A stretch of DNA of 64,000 nt, taken from the sequence record OR699282.2; one strand, written 5' to 3'. Of this stretch, positions 20,967 to 30,844 are shown in pieces. Below the pieces are notes generated by a model. The model had not been told where the DNA came from. It saw only the letters and a list, made by a program, of their open reading frames with translations, and did no database searches. How positions within the stretch are numbered: the stretch's first letter is position 1; each line of letters starts with the position of its first letter. A program made the translations under genes and the position numbers. Origin of the DNA: Escherichia phage BAU.Micro_ELP-22.

Positions 20967-21755
20967 ATGAGCACTATAGATGAACTGATTCGACGGAATT
21001 CAAAATATTACCAACCATCAGAAATTGTAGGTAACATTACCAAATCAGAGTTTGGTCCAAATACTCGAAAACTCATTCATGTAATGTCACGTGATGGCTT
21101 TAAATGTGATTGTTGTGGTGAATCAAATGTAGTATTCACTTTACACAAGCACAGTACTAAAGAACGTTATAAATTCAGACCTTATGTACTTAAAGGGAAA
21201 CGCCTTGTACGCATGACGTTAGACCATAATGTACTGGACTGTCTTCAGGGCGGTAATGATAAAGAGAACATGACTGCACTGTGTGAAGATTGTAACGCAT
21301 TACGCCAGCATAAGTTTGCTGAATACAGTGAGTTTAAACACTGGTATCATAACGCGGATCGTTCAATCGAGCCTGACGTTAACTACTGCTTCATTGAGTA
21401 CATTAAGAATGCCAAAGATACATACATTCTTAAATCAATGTCACCTATTACCGTGTTTCCTGAGAACCTATTCACTACATTAAAGAATAGTTTTATTGTA
21501 GGTGATATTGATGCATTCAAGTATTTTGACAAAGGTGCAAAACATTTTGAAATTCAATGTCTTAGTACTGCACTATGTGAACTCATTAAAATTTACATAA
21601 AAGAGTATTTGGGTATTGACAATGTACGTGTACCAGAGTATACTTTTTCTATTGAATTCGATTGTGAATCAATCAAAGAGTTTGGAATTCTTTTCAATAA
21701 ACAAATAGAACTTGCAATTCAAAACGAAATCAAGTACTATACTACTAACATTTAA
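20967..21755 (+). CDS. HNH endonuclease-like protein
   Basis: CDCCGES zinc-ribbon Cys plus LDHNVLDCLQGGNDKENMTALCEDCNALRQH (HNH core). Confidence 0.6.
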   Translation: MSTIDELIRRNSKYYQPSEIVGNITKSEFGPNTRKLIHVMSRDGFKCDCCGESNVVFTLHKHSTKERYKFRPYVLKGKRLVRMTLDHNVLDCLQGGNDKENMTALCEDCNALRQHKFAEYSEFKHWYHNADRSIEPDVNYCFIEYIKNAKDTYILKSMSPITVFPENLFTTLKNSFIVGDIDAFKYFDKGAKHFEIQCLSTALCELIKIYIKEYLGIDNVRVPEYTFSIEFDCESIKEFGILFNKQIELAIQNEIKYYTTNI

Positions 21756-21770
21756 TCAGAGGAAATTATC

Positions 21771-21953
21771 ATGCAAATTATCATTCTTATCGTTGGCATC
21801 ATGCTGGGTGTTTACGGTCACTCCTGGATGAACGAGAAGTTTCCTAATACGCGTCCTGAGTATTGCAGTACTAATGTATTCCAGAATGGTGAGAAACCAA
21901 AGGAAAGCATTGGTAAAAAGCTGGATAAAGTACTTGATGTGATCAATGAATAA
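21771..21953 (+). CDS. small membrane protein
   Basis: 60 codons, hydrophobic N-terminus. Confidence 0.45.
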   Translation: MQIIILIVGIMLGVYGHSWMNEKFPNTRPEYCSTNVFQNGEKPKESIGKKLDKVLDVINE

Positions 21954-21963
21954 GGGCCATAAA

Positions 21964-22164
21964 ATGTTTAAACCGAATTCCAATGTTGGTAAGAAAGTTC
22001 AATTACTTGAAGATGTATCCACCATGAGTGGAATTTTCCCAAGAGGTCACATCATGACTATTATTGCCGAAACATCCCGTGGGTGGGATTTGGAAGATGC
22101 TGATGGTAATCGCATCCTTGAGGCTGGATTCTATGGTCATCGTGAATATAAAATCATTGATTAA
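21964..22164 (+). CDS. hypothetical small protein
   Basis: Start chosen after upstream stop; track start 21946 also possible. Confidence 0.45.
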   Translation: MFKPNSNVGKKVQLLEDVSTMSGIFPRGHIMTIIAETSRGWDLEDADGNRILEAGFYGHREYKIID

Positions 22165-22173
22165 GGATACAAC

Positions 22174-22257
22174 ATGACTTTAGAGATTGTCTTTGGTATT
22201 GTTAGCTTAGTCGTCTGTGTGGGTTGGTTTGGGTATCTGATGATTTTTGGTGATTAA
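22174..22257 (+). CDS. hydrophobic micropeptide (27 aa)
   Basis: ATG after AAGGAT; MTLEIVFGIVSLVVCVGWFGYLMIFGD. Confidence 0.3.
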   Translation: MTLEIVFGIVSLVVCVGWFGYLMIFGD

Positions 22258-22260
22258 TAC

Positions 22261-22288
22261 TTGACATAAGATATCAGTACTGTATAAT
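22261..22288 (+). promoter_or_regulatory. sigma70-like early promoter
   Basis: TTGACATAAGATATCAGTACTGTATAAT. Confidence 0.6.
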
Positions 22289-22381
22289 GTTTATATCAAA
22301 GGGAATGCAGTGAAAGGAAAGACAGCATAATCGTACTCGTCACTGCGTTCCCGCCCTTTTAAATTAAATGAGGAATTAACT

Positions 22382-22690
22382 ATGTTTCAAACTAACACTC
22401 AAGGTTTTGTAATCATCGATTTGAATCAAAACAGCGGTTATTGGATGAAACCTACTGACGCATGTATGCAGTTTGATTTTTTAGGTTACAGGATTAGTGT
22501 AAGTACTGGTGCTTCTGTACTGCGTGGTGGTTGTATCGTTGAACATCTGGTAACTGATCCAGAAGGTCGTGAGTATGAAATCGCAGGTTCGGTACAAGAT
22601 GCCATTATGTTTGTATGTCAGCGTGAAATGAATAGTTCGAATTCAAATGCACTGACTCATGCTCTTTCTCAAGAAGTGGAGGTTCGTTAA
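22382..22690 (+). CDS. hypothetical protein
   Basis: 102 codons, GAGGAA SD. Confidence 0.55.
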   Translation: MFQTNTQGFVIIDLNQNSGYWMKPTDACMQFDFLGYRISVSTGASVLRGGCIVEHLVTDPEGREYEIAGSVQDAIMFVCQREMNSSNSNALTHALSQEVEVR

Positions 22691-22941
22691 TGAAATATAT
22701 CGTAGCAGTACTCGTTGCATTTTTACTCACTGCATGTGACGCTTCAACAAAAGAACGCACAAGTGATTTTATTCTCCCTATTGAATTACAAGAAGCAGGA
22801 TGTAAGATTTATCGTATGCAAAAGGACGGTGCTGGCGTAACCTTGTATACAGTTTATTGCCCTAATGCAAATACCAGTACTGGATACAGCAGCGGTAAAA
22901 CACGAATCAATACTTCAGTGATTAATGGAGTACAACAATGA
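22690..22941 (+). CDS. putative lipoprotein
   Basis: MKYIVAVLVAFLLTAC lipobox-like signal. Confidence 0.55.
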   Translation: MKYIVAVLVAFLLTACDASTKERTSDFILPIELQEAGCKIYRMQKDGAGVTLYTVYCPNANTSTGYSSGKTRINTSVINGVQQ

Positions 22942-23306
22942 GCCTTGATACAACCCGTGCAACAGATTTATTAACTCGTATGAATAATGAAGAATTTCTT
23001 GCTGAAATAAAGTACAAGCTTGAAAAACTGGCACGAAGTGCTGAAGTAATTGAAGTTGAAGGTCACTTACCAATGGACCAATTCAATACGTTCAACGAAG
23101 ATATGGTTTATTATCCAAATGAAATTTGGATTGAGTGGGAGTCATGGACTAACAAAACTCTACGCATTGAAGGTTATTGTGTGAATTATGAATCTGAACC
23201 TGGTGATGTTACAAAAACTCTCTCCATTTGGTGTACAAAAACACATGAACTCGTTGAGGTGAATTTGAATTATATGAAAGGTTTCCGTTGGGGTGATGTT
23301 CAATGA
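22938..23306 (+). CDS. hypothetical protein
   Basis: 122-codon ORF. Confidence 0.55.
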   Translation: MSLDTTRATDLLTRMNNEEFLAEIKYKLEKLARSAEVIEVEGHLPMDQFNTFNEDMVYYPNEIWIEWESWTNKTLRIEGYCVNYESEPGDVTKTLSIWCTKTHELVEVNLNYMKGFRWGDVQ

Positions 23307-23578
23307 TTAAAAAACTATTGACAGTTGTCTTTGTATTCTGTACAATGTTTCTTACAGCATGTAATGATGACGGCAGGTTTAGTGCAAAAGACTTAGTTCG
23401 TCAGGATTGTACATTCACAGGTAAGTCTTTTATTAACGAGTATGAGGTATGTACACAATCAGGCCGTATCTGTGGTGGTTGGGAAAAACGACAGGAGCGA
23501 TTGTATGTATATGAATGCCCTGGACATCACAACAAAGTACTAAGCACACACAAACTTGTTTATGATAAGGTTGAATAA
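23303..23578 (+). CDS. putative lipoprotein
   Basis: MIKKLLTVVFVFCTMFLTAC lipobox-like signal. Confidence 0.55.
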   Translation: MIKKLLTVVFVFCTMFLTACNDDGRFSAKDLVRQDCTFTGKSFINEYEVCTQSGRICGGWEKRQERLYVYECPGHHNKVLSTHKLVYDKVE

Positions 23579-23793
23579 TGACTACCAATGAAATGATGCA
23601 GGTTATTTGGGATAAAGGTTGTGATATTAAAATCACTAGTACTGATGTTCGTGTATTCAAAACTGAATATATGGAGTACTTGGACCTTGATACTTATAAT
23701 AATATTGTATCAATTGAACACAAAGGTGCAGTACTGGAAACCATTGACGTAGTACTCAAGAAAGCTACCGACCTATTAGGAGTGGCAGTGTGA
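23578..23793 (+). CDS. hypothetical protein
   Basis: 71-codon ORF. Confidence 0.5.
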   Translation: MTTNEMMQVIWDKGCDIKITSTDVRVFKTEYMEYLDLDTYNNIVSIEHKGAVLETIDVVLKKATDLLGVAV

Positions 23794-23944
23794 ATAACAA
23801 AGAGTGGGAAGATTACCGCAAGAAGTGCAGGGAGTTTGATAAAGAACTTACTGGTACAGTGAATGCAGTAATGTGGGTATCTGTAATTATTGCAGTTCTT
23901 GCGTTGGGTGCTATTATTATTAATAAATTATTCTAAGGACTAAT

Positions 23945-24145
23945 ATGTTTACTTTATATCTTGCAGTAGTACTAACTAATGGTGAAATCACTCGCACCGT
24001 TGGTGAAGGTGTATATAAAACACCTGATCAGTGTTACTCTGCAACTCATTGGCCTCGTGATGCTGGTGATGAATCTCGCACTGAATACAAATGTATGAAG
24101 GTTAAAGGTGACTTTGTAAATCTAAAGGTTATTGAGACTAAGTAA
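23945..24145 (+). CDS. small secreted protein
   Basis: 66 codons, hydrophobic N-terminus. Confidence 0.5.
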   Translation: MFTLYLAVVLTNGEITRTVGEGVYKTPDQCYSATHWPRDAGDESRTEYKCMKVKGDFVNLKVIETK

Positions 24146-24663
24146 TGGATATTAATGAGTTGTTGAAATTAGTGTTTAATCGTGAACGCCGCGATACAAG
24201 ACCAATTGAATATCAAGATGTGATACGCATTGAAACTGATTTCTGTTATGGTAAAACAACTCATGACCTTTTGAATCTCTCTGGAAAACGCTATGCTGAT
24301 GTTTGTTTTTCAGAGAGAAGTGATGGTTCAGAAATAACGAGTACTGATATTGTTTGTTACGCACGCAGTGCTGATAAATCTTATGAAATAGAACTTATAT
24401 ATTCCCCTAGTTCTAAAACAAATCATCACCGCCATATTTTATATGATGTTTACACACCACCTGGTATTGCTGAATATTTTGTTATTGATTATAGTACTGA
24501 AGAAAATGTGTTTCAACAAAGTTTGATTCATAACTTTGAGGTTAATGATCCATTAGTGCCAAAGTTATTCAAACTACTTGACACCATCGATGTTGATTTT
24601 GAATTTGTTATGTGTATTAGAACTTCTTTATTCAATGAATTCATGGAACTTTTTAATATATGA
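24145..24663 (+). CDS. hypothetical protein
   Basis: 172-codon ORF. Confidence 0.55.
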   Translation: MDINELLKLVFNRERRDTRPIEYQDVIRIETDFCYGKTTHDLLNLSGKRYADVCFSERSDGSEITSTDIVCYARSADKSYEIELIYSPSSKTNHHRHILYDVYTPPGIAEYFVIDYSTEENVFQQSLIHNFEVNDPLVPKLFKLLDTIDVDFEFVMCIRTSLFNEFMELFNI

Positions 24664-24881
24664 ATAGATACTATGTTGTGTATGAACACGTCTCTGAATT
24701 TAATAACATACGAGGTTATTCCAGAGTTGTCACAAAGATGGATGTATTCATTCGTGCTCTTAGTGAAGTGGATGCACTGTTTAAATTGTTTGATGAAATT
24801 ACAAAGTATAACACACCCAAAACACACCGCTATGTGGAAACTGTACATAGCATTATACTAACTGAAAGTGATGAGGAATGA
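24660..24881 (+). CDS. hypothetical protein
   Basis: 73-codon ORF. Confidence 0.5.
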   Translation: MNRYYVVYEHVSEFNNIRGYSRVVTKMDVFIRALSEVDALFKLFDEITKYNTPKTHRYVETVHSIILTESDEE

Positions 24882-24884
24882 TAA

Positions 24885-25103
24885 ATGAATTTATATCTAG
24901 TTGAAGGTTTAGTACAAGTCTATAAACCAGAAGGTGAAGGTCAACGTTTTTCACACGTAGAAGAATTTAAGTACGTTGTACAGGCTGATGGTCAGTACGA
25001 TGCGGAAATTCAAGTAGATGAATCATTCCGTAAGAAAAATGAAATTGGTAAATTTCAATACCAGAACTTACAATATAAAGTATGGCCTAGTATAAATGAC
25101 TAA
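24885..25103 (+). CDS. hypothetical protein
   Basis: 72-codon ORF. Confidence 0.5.
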   Translation: MNLYLVEGLVQVYKPEGEGQRFSHVEEFKYVVQADGQYDAEIQVDESFRKKNEIGKFQYQNLQYKVWPSIND

Positions 25104-25311
25104 GATGTGGTGGTGTCATGGTGTATATAACGTGTATGTAAATGGTAGATATAAAATGTCTAGTACCTATGCAAGACGTGTTAATGCGAACAACCAAGTT
25201 GATGCTGCTTGTGAGATCATTGAGTGGTATGCTGAGTTCAATGCACCTGACTATATGTACGAAATAGTTACAATAAATGTTGTACAAATCGATACATCTT
25301 TGATACAATAA
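25096..25311 (+). CDS. hypothetical protein
   Basis: 71-codon ORF. Confidence 0.45.
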   Translation: MTKMWWCHGVYNVYVNGRYKMSSTYARRVNANNQVDAACEIIEWYAEFNAPDYMYEIVTINVVQIDTSLIQ

Positions 25312-25343
25312 CCACATCAAAAAAATTGCATCTGAGGATACTT

Positions 25344-26006
25344 ATGTTAGTTAATCTTAATTTCATCACTTCACCTGACTGGGCATTACGTGGAGTTTCT
25401 TTAAACTTCAAGGAAACTATGTTTGACTACATTGGTGAGTGTACATTGGTAAATGCAACTTTTGATCCAAATCATCCGTTTTGGGCTGAAATTCATGATC
25501 CAAATGTAAACAACAATACATCTGTTATGACTATTGTCCAGACTAAACATGCAGGTATCCTTGCAGGTTATCGACCTGCACATGCAATTGAACACTTCAC
25601 TGATTACGATGTCGTGGATGAATACCCAATGATCCATGAAGATGGAAGTCTATACACATCTGAAGACTTCCGTGCTATCTTTAATAGTACTGATGATATT
25701 CTACCAAGTGGACGTCCACGTCCTGAGTCTTATCTTATGCATCCATCTTATGGTGTAGCAGATACGCTTGAACAGATTATGAATAAGTACAAGAACCTAA
25801 TTGAAGGTCCAGAAGAAATTGTCCTGTGCTATCACCCAGTACTGAAGTCTGAACAACCAAAGGATGGTGGATGGCGTTGGCATAAGAATGGTGAGTATAT
25901 CGGTACTAAACGAAGTAAAGAACGTTTTGAGTACTTGTATGATGAGCCAGATGTTGATGTGGTTTTGTGTTATAATTTTATTAAGGTGAAAAAGAAATGT
26001 ATCTAG
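25344..26006 (+). CDS. hypothetical protein
   Basis: ATG after GAGGAT; track ORF 25326 begins at a TTG. Confidence 0.6.
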   Translation: MLVNLNFITSPDWALRGVSLNFKETMFDYIGECTLVNATFDPNHPFWAEIHDPNVNNNTSVMTIVQTKHAGILAGYRPAHAIEHFTDYDVVDEYPMIHEDGSLYTSEDFRAIFNSTDDILPSGRPRPESYLMHPSYGVADTLEQIMNKYKNLIEGPEEIVLCYHPVLKSEQPKDGGWRWHKNGEYIGTKRSKERFEYLYDEPDVDVVLCYNFIKVKKKCI

Positions 26007-26239
26007 TACTAAGTTTTGTTGTTGCACTATTGTTTATGTTCTATCCTACACTAGTGGCATTAGCCACTAGGCGAACGATGGTAGATCTCACTACTGTATT
26101 CTTGCTAAACGTGGCATTAGTACTGGTGTCTATTATCATTCCAGTGAGCTTTACAGTTATTGATATTATTTCGGTATTACTCTTCGTGTTAAGTTATCTT
26201 ATGCTTATTGAAGAAACAAATGTTGACAAACGTTCGTAG
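25997..26239 (+). CDS. small membrane protein
   Basis: 80 codons, two hydrophobic segments. Confidence 0.5.
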   Translation: MYLVLSFVVALLFMFYPTLVALATRRTMVDLTTVFLLNVALVLVSIIIPVSFTVIDIISVLLFVLSYLMLIEETNVDKRS

Positions 26240-26250
26240 TACTGTATAAT
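26223..26250 (+). promoter_or_regulatory. sigma70-like early promoter
   Basis: TTGACAAACGTTCGTAGTACTGTATAAT. Confidence 0.55.
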
Positions 26251-26297
26251 GGTTCCTGTAGTCTGAAACTTAACACTTAAACTTGAGGTAAAAAAAT

Positions 26298-26624
26298 ATG
26301 CTATCAGTACTAATTTCAATTCCGTCTTTAATTCTGATTTGGCTTCTGGTTTACGAATGCTTTATTACTGATGATAATGATAAAAAAGAGTTCTCTGAGT
26401 TGTTTATGCTTGATTCACCGATTGTGCGTATTTTCTATACAGTCGTTGTGGTTTCAGTAATTGTATGGATTTTGAGTTTTATCTTCCCACTCGGTGCAGT
26501 AGTTAAAACTTTGGATTTAGTTGAGAACTTTGTTGCAATTATGTGGCTAATCAAAGCACTATTTGCAGGAAATGTTAAAATTTGGATTGATATTATCAAA
26601 TTCAAGTTCACGAATAAGATGTAA
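26298..26624 (+). CDS. membrane protein
   Basis: 108 codons, hydrophobic. Confidence 0.55.
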   Translation: MLSVLISIPSLILIWLLVYECFITDDNDKKEFSELFMLDSPIVRIFYTVVVVSVIVWILSFIFPLGAVVKTLDLVENFVAIMWLIKALFAGNVKIWIDIIKFKFTNKM

Positions 26625-26702
26625 CAGTGAAAATATCTCTATAGTATTAAATACTTCTGTACATATATATAGTACAGAAGTATTTCTCGTTAGAGGTTTG
26701 TT

Positions 26703-27062
26703 ATGAAGAGTTATATAAAATTAATAGCACTTGTGTGTGCATTATTTTCATGTTTTAGTTATGGTGCAGCAGCAGAAACATATTGTCGTAGTACTAAGGG
26801 AACGTGGCATGTATTGACTAACGACCCTAGAAATGGTAAAAATATAGTTGTTGATGGTGTGATTTATCGTTTTAAAGTAGAAAGTATTATCGGTAATAAA
26901 AAAATCTCGACTTATAGAGATGATTCTGGTACATTAGCAAACGTAATATTAATTGTAGACCCAAGAACTGGTAATGGTGATATCTATATAGTAATTTACT
27001 TGGACTCATCGGTACGCCGTGACCTAGATATAGATAAATTGAACTTACACTGTGAAATATAG
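26703..27062 (+). CDS. secreted protein with signal peptide
   Basis: MKSYIKLIALVCALFSCFSYGAAA; related to 27453 product (shared IY..DG..Y.F motif). Confidence 0.55.
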   Translation: MKSYIKLIALVCALFSCFSYGAAAETYCRSTKGTWHVLTNDPRNGKNIVVDGVIYRFKVESIIGNKKISTYRDDSGTLANVILIVDPRTGNGDIYIVIYLDSSVRRDLDIDKLNLHCEI

Positions 27063-27072
27063 GACTTAAAAA

Positions 27073-27450
27073 ATGGTAAACACTATTTTACTTTTGTTGT
27101 TGAATATTCCAATTATTCTGTCTTTTTTAATTTCTATTTTTATGGCAGGATATTGTTTAGTTGCAGTAATTCATTTCATTTTAACAAACAAATATGTCCT
27201 AATTTCTAAGCTTGATTCTATTTTTGCTTGCGATTCGATTGCTTATAACTTGTGGTTAATTTGTTCTTGCATTATGGGAGTAACTTTCCTTCTGTATGTA
27301 TTTGATGTCCTTGACCAAAAGTTCGTATACATCAGTACTGGATTGGCTCTTTATCCTGCTACGTGGTACTTGATTTACGTTGGTGATATATGGTATAGTA
27401 CTTATAAAGAATATCAGTACAAGAAATCACTTAACGTTGGAGGAAAATAA
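27073..27450 (+). CDS. membrane protein
   Basis: 125 codons, hydrophobic. Confidence 0.55.
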   Translation: MVNTILLLLLNIPIILSFLISIFMAGYCLVAVIHFILTNKYVLISKLDSIFACDSIAYNLWLICSCIMGVTFLLYVFDVLDQKFVYISTGLALYPATWYLIYVGDIWYSTYKEYQYKKSLNVGGK

Positions 27451-27452
27451 TC

Positions 27453-27803
27453 ATGAAAATTATTTTATTTTTTGTATGTATGTTAATGTGTGGATTGTCA
27501 TATGCTGAACCATTGGAAGGTTTAGTTTGTACAGATGGTAATATTAAACATATCTATCAAGGTGATAGTGACAATCGAGATATTGTATATATTGATGGAC
27601 AATCATATACGTTTGTTAAAGAGCATACAGTAGGCGACATTAGCTTCACTGAGTTTTCTAACGACACAGACCCTAACTTCTTAGCGTTTATTGAAGTAGA
27701 TGTATATGAAGATAGTAATGGCACACAATATGCTAAATTAGTTATGATGCGTCGTGGTGCTAAAGAAACTAGTTTTGGTGGCTTGTGTAAATATAAGGAT
27801 TGA
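27453..27803 (+). CDS. secreted protein with signal peptide
   Basis: MKIILFFVCMLMCGLSYA signal; paralog-like to 26703. Confidence 0.55.
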   Translation: MKIILFFVCMLMCGLSYAEPLEGLVCTDGNIKHIYQGDSDNRDIVYIDGQSYTFVKEHTVGDISFTEFSNDTDPNFLAFIEVDVYEDSNGTQYAKLVMMRRGAKETSFGGLCKYKD

Positions 27804-27807
27804 TATT

Positions 27808-27999
27808 ATGTTGATTTATCAAAGTGATAATATTCGTGTTATGCAGCATCCCTACTTACAAATCTTTGATGTGCAGCAGTATATGGAAGGTGATGACCCA
27901 AGAACCTATGGTCGTAAGTATGATTACTTCACTGTAAAGCAGTGTAAAAATATTAACGAAGTACGACAATTAGTTCAAGAACTTCAAAACAAAGGTTGA
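27808..27999 (+). CDS. hypothetical small protein
   Basis: ATG after AAGGAT; track ORF 27754 trimmed. Confidence 0.45.
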   Translation: MLIYQSDNIRVMQHPYLQIFDVQQYMEGDDPRTYGRKYDYFTVKQCKNINEVRQLVQELQNKG

Positions 28000-28025
28000 C
28001 TTCGGTCAGCCTTTTTTGTTATAAT
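27991..28025 (+). promoter_or_regulatory. terminator-promoter stem-loop cassette (PeSL-like)
   Basis: AAAGGTTGAC-TTCG-GTCAGCC + T6 + TATAAT; -35 TTGACT lies inside the stem. Confidence 0.65.
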
Positions 28026-28053
28026 TCTCTTAATAAATTAGAGGATTTTAATT

Positions 28054-28494
28054 ATGTATGTATATCGTTTTGAACTTAAATTTAGTTACATTGAACCTAA
28101 CTTAGATCCTGCACGAACTGTAGGTCCGTTTGCACGGTATTCAACTAGATACAGTACTAAAAATGGATTTGACCGTTTGTGCATGACCACACCTTCGCAA
28201 TTCCAACCAGAACCAACTGAAGATGGAATCTATTCAATCAAACGTGGCTGGGTATTTGGCTGTCAAAGTTTGAAAGATTTGTTCAGATTCTTCACTATGG
28301 ACTTGGGTAAATTGCATCGTGCTGGGTTTGCTATATCTGTATATGAAGTTCCAGACCACCATGTAGACATTGGTCGTAATCAGGTTCAGTACTATTGCGG
28401 TAGTGCTAAATTAGTTCGTATCATGTCAGTTAAGGAAGCAAAGGATGAGTTCCGACAAAGTAAAAGAGAAACACATGAGGTAATATATGGATAA
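28054..28494 (+). CDS. hypothetical protein
   Basis: 146 codons, GAGGAT SD. Confidence 0.55.
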   Translation: MYVYRFELKFSYIEPNLDPARTVGPFARYSTRYSTKNGFDRLCMTTPSQFQPEPTEDGIYSIKRGWVFGCQSLKDLFRFFTMDLGKLHRAGFAISVYEVPDHHVDIGRNQVQYYCGSAKLVRIMSVKEAKDEFRQSKRETHEVIYG

Positions 28495-28831
28495 AACTCA
28501 AATAGAATTAAAGAAATTTGTTTCATTCTATTTTCCTGATGACCCACGTAATTCACAAAAAGATATTGAATATTATAATATCCTATCTAAACAGTTAATG
28601 AGAAAGTTTCAACAGTGTTTAACTATATTCAATACAGATGGAAGACGTAGATACCGAATCGTTTCAATGAATGATGAAAACGCAAATTTCTTTGATTACG
28701 ATGTAGTTTTTAGAGCATATAATGATGATCGTATAAAATTAAATTATGATCAAATTATACTTGACCTGAATGTTATATGTGTTATAATCACTCACGTAGC
28801 CGAACTTAATGGTTTTAAAGAATGGTATTGA
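28487..28831 (+). CDS. hypothetical protein
   Basis: 114-codon ORF. Confidence 0.5.
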   Translation: MDKTQIELKKFVSFYFPDDPRNSQKDIEYYNILSKQLMRKFQQCLTIFNTDGRRRYRIVSMNDENANFFDYDVVFRAYNDDRIKLNYDQIILDLNVICVIITHVAELNGFKEWY

Positions 28832-28845
28832 ATAGAGGATAACAT

Positions 28846-29112
28846 ATGAAGCTTAAATTACAATATAATGGATTTACTTTACGTAATGATACTGAATTTA
28901 TTAATCGTTCTCCTGGTGCTGAACTGTTTTTACGAGAGATGAACATTCCTTTCATCATTACTACAGTGGGCGACCGTGAAGTTCTACAATATGCAGAGCA
29001 TCCGATTATTGATGTTCCTTGGTACTCTGAGCATATGTACATGGATATGGCACGTCGCTACAACTGTAAGTTCGTAGTTGAAGGTGATAAAATTACAGTC
29101 GAATTTAAATAA
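28846..29112 (+). CDS. hypothetical protein
   Basis: 88 codons, GAGGAT SD. Confidence 0.5.
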   Translation: MKLKLQYNGFTLRNDTEFINRSPGAELFLREMNIPFIITTVGDREVLQYAEHPIIDVPWYSEHMYMDMARRYNCKFVVEGDKITVEFK

Positions 29113-29124
29113 GGTAAATTAAAA

Positions 29125-29418
29125 ATGATCAGTACTTCAGTTAATGAAAGCATCGTCGCTGACGTAGAAATGGTTAAAGAATGTGCAGATGAAACTCTTC
29201 GTGATATGTACATTAATGATTTAATTACTGAATACGGTAGTCGTGGTGTACACGAATTTATTCGTTTAAGTGGAGAGTTGATGAAAAATCGAATTCGTAT
29301 GAAGCTTAACGTACATCCAAAAGCATGGGCATTTACATTAAAATACGCAGAAGATATTGTGAATTTGCGTCGAACTGAAGTATATGAACGTTTGCACAAT
29401 GGTATGTTAGATAAATGA
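29125..29418 (+). CDS. hypothetical protein
   Basis: 97-codon ORF followed by terminator. Confidence 0.5.
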   Translation: MISTSVNESIVADVEMVKECADETLRDMYINDLITEYGSRGVHEFIRLSGELMKNRIRMKLNVHPKAWAFTLKYAEDIVNLRRTEVYERLHNGMLDK

Positions 29419-29426
29419 TTGTAAAA

Positions 29427-29456
29427 AAGGAATTCTTAAATGAATTCCTTTTTGTT
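29427..29456 (+). terminator. rho-independent terminator
   Basis: AAGGAATTC-TTAAAT-GAATTCCTT then TTTT. Confidence 0.7.
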
Positions 29457-29470
29457 TATAAGGTATAGTA

Positions 29471-29692
29471 ATGAAATATATAGTACTTGTACTGATATTA
29501 TTCAGTACTGTTGTAAGTGCTAAACAAAAAGAATATGTTAAATGTATAAATTATGAAGAGAAATATGTTGAAACATATAAAAAAAGTATAATTAAAAACG
29601 TTTCGATTACTAACAGAGCAACAATCATTGTACTTAAAAATGGGTTAATTATGCTATATAAACCACACGTTAAATGTGAAATTATTAATTGA
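29471..29692 (+). CDS. small secreted protein
   Basis: MKYIVLVLILFSTVVSA signal. Confidence 0.5.
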   Translation: MKYIVLVLILFSTVVSAKQKEYVKCINYEEKYVETYKKSIIKNVSITNRATIIVLKNGLIMLYKPHVKCEIIN

Positions 29693-29699
29693 GGAAATT

Positions 29700-30272
29700 A
29701 TGAATCGTAAAGGTCGTTTTAAAGTATCAAAAAAGAACAAAAGTTCTAGGTTTAAACCTATTGTTTTAACAGTTAAATCTAACAAAGATTTAACTGCACT
29801 TAGTAAAAAGATAATTTCATCTAAGATTGAAGTATCATACGTAAATTCATTAAAATATATGAATGTCAAACCACTGGACCAACTCATTTCACTTATATTT
29901 GAACGTAATGATTTTGAGATATCAGTAGATGATTATAGAGCCTATAATGCTGGTTTCATTAATGTTACTTGTAATAAAAAACTAACTGAGTTGGAAAATT
30001 TGTCATGTATAATAAATCTAGATAAAGGTGTTGTGAAGTACCATTTTGTACATTTCACTAATATCAATAATGGAATGGGTGTACAATCCAGACCTATAGT
30101 GCCTACGTGTGATGTTACTAAATTAGCAAAGCTCAATGATGAAGAATATTTTCAAGAAAGCATTGTAACTGAGCATTTAGATGATATAATAGCTACTTAC
30201 AAAGAATGCATATGGGTGTTGAATGCTATAAAACCTAAATTGTGTTTAATGAATATTGTTCGTGATTTATGA
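29700..30272 (+). CDS. hypothetical protein, FQxSTV-motif family
   Basis: ATG after GAGGAA; contains DEEYFQESIVTEHLDDII. Confidence 0.55.
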   Translation: MNRKGRFKVSKKNKSSRFKPIVLTVKSNKDLTALSKKIISSKIEVSYVNSLKYMNVKPLDQLISLIFERNDFEISVDDYRAYNAGFINVTCNKKLTELENLSCIINLDKGVVKYHFVHFTNINNGMGVQSRPIVPTCDVTKLAKLNDEEYFQESIVTEHLDDIIATYKECIWVLNAIKPKLCLMNIVRDL

Positions 30273-30285
30273 ATGGGGAATCGTA

Positions 30286-30729
30286 ATGAGTTGGGTAAAT
30301 GTTAATAGTATTGAACTTAACGAACAAGATATTTTTGCATTTGTAAATTTAACTAATAACACAGTACTAAAAGGGCGTTTGTTCAGTGCTAGTGATGGGT
30401 ACAAATGGATCTCTTTGATGGATGATAGTGGTGTGATTTATAATGTAATGCAATTACCCCAATGGGTATATAGTAACACTGCTGACGATGTTCTTACCGC
30501 AGTTATGCGTGAGTTTGAAAAACTCCCAGGTGGTGATATCAAAAACAAAGTTTTTAATGCAGAACGTAAAAATTATACAGCACAGCAATTGGAATCCCTT
30601 GCCATTGCTGCTTATCAAGCTGCTATTAAGAAGCCAGAGTGCGTTATTCTTAAGTATGTACCAGACTTAAAACTTACGTTGGAAGACATGGATGCATTCA
30701 TTTTTACATCTGAACTTGATCAGTACTAA
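30286..30729 (+). CDS. hypothetical protein
   Basis: In-frame ATG just after upstream stop. Confidence 0.55.
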   Translation: MSWVNVNSIELNEQDIFAFVNLTNNTVLKGRLFSASDGYKWISLMDDSGVIYNVMQLPQWVYSNTADDVLTAVMREFEKLPGGDIKNKVFNAERKNYTAQQLESLAIAAYQAAIKKPECVILKYVPDLKLTLEDMDAFIFTSELDQY

Positions 30730-30844
30730 TTTAACTTTGGGACAACCATTCTTATTATGATATAATGTTTTATGTCATTCGATATAAATGACAACGGAAC
30801 TATAAATATTATAGTAAAATTTATCTCTTATAGGAGTTATAAAA

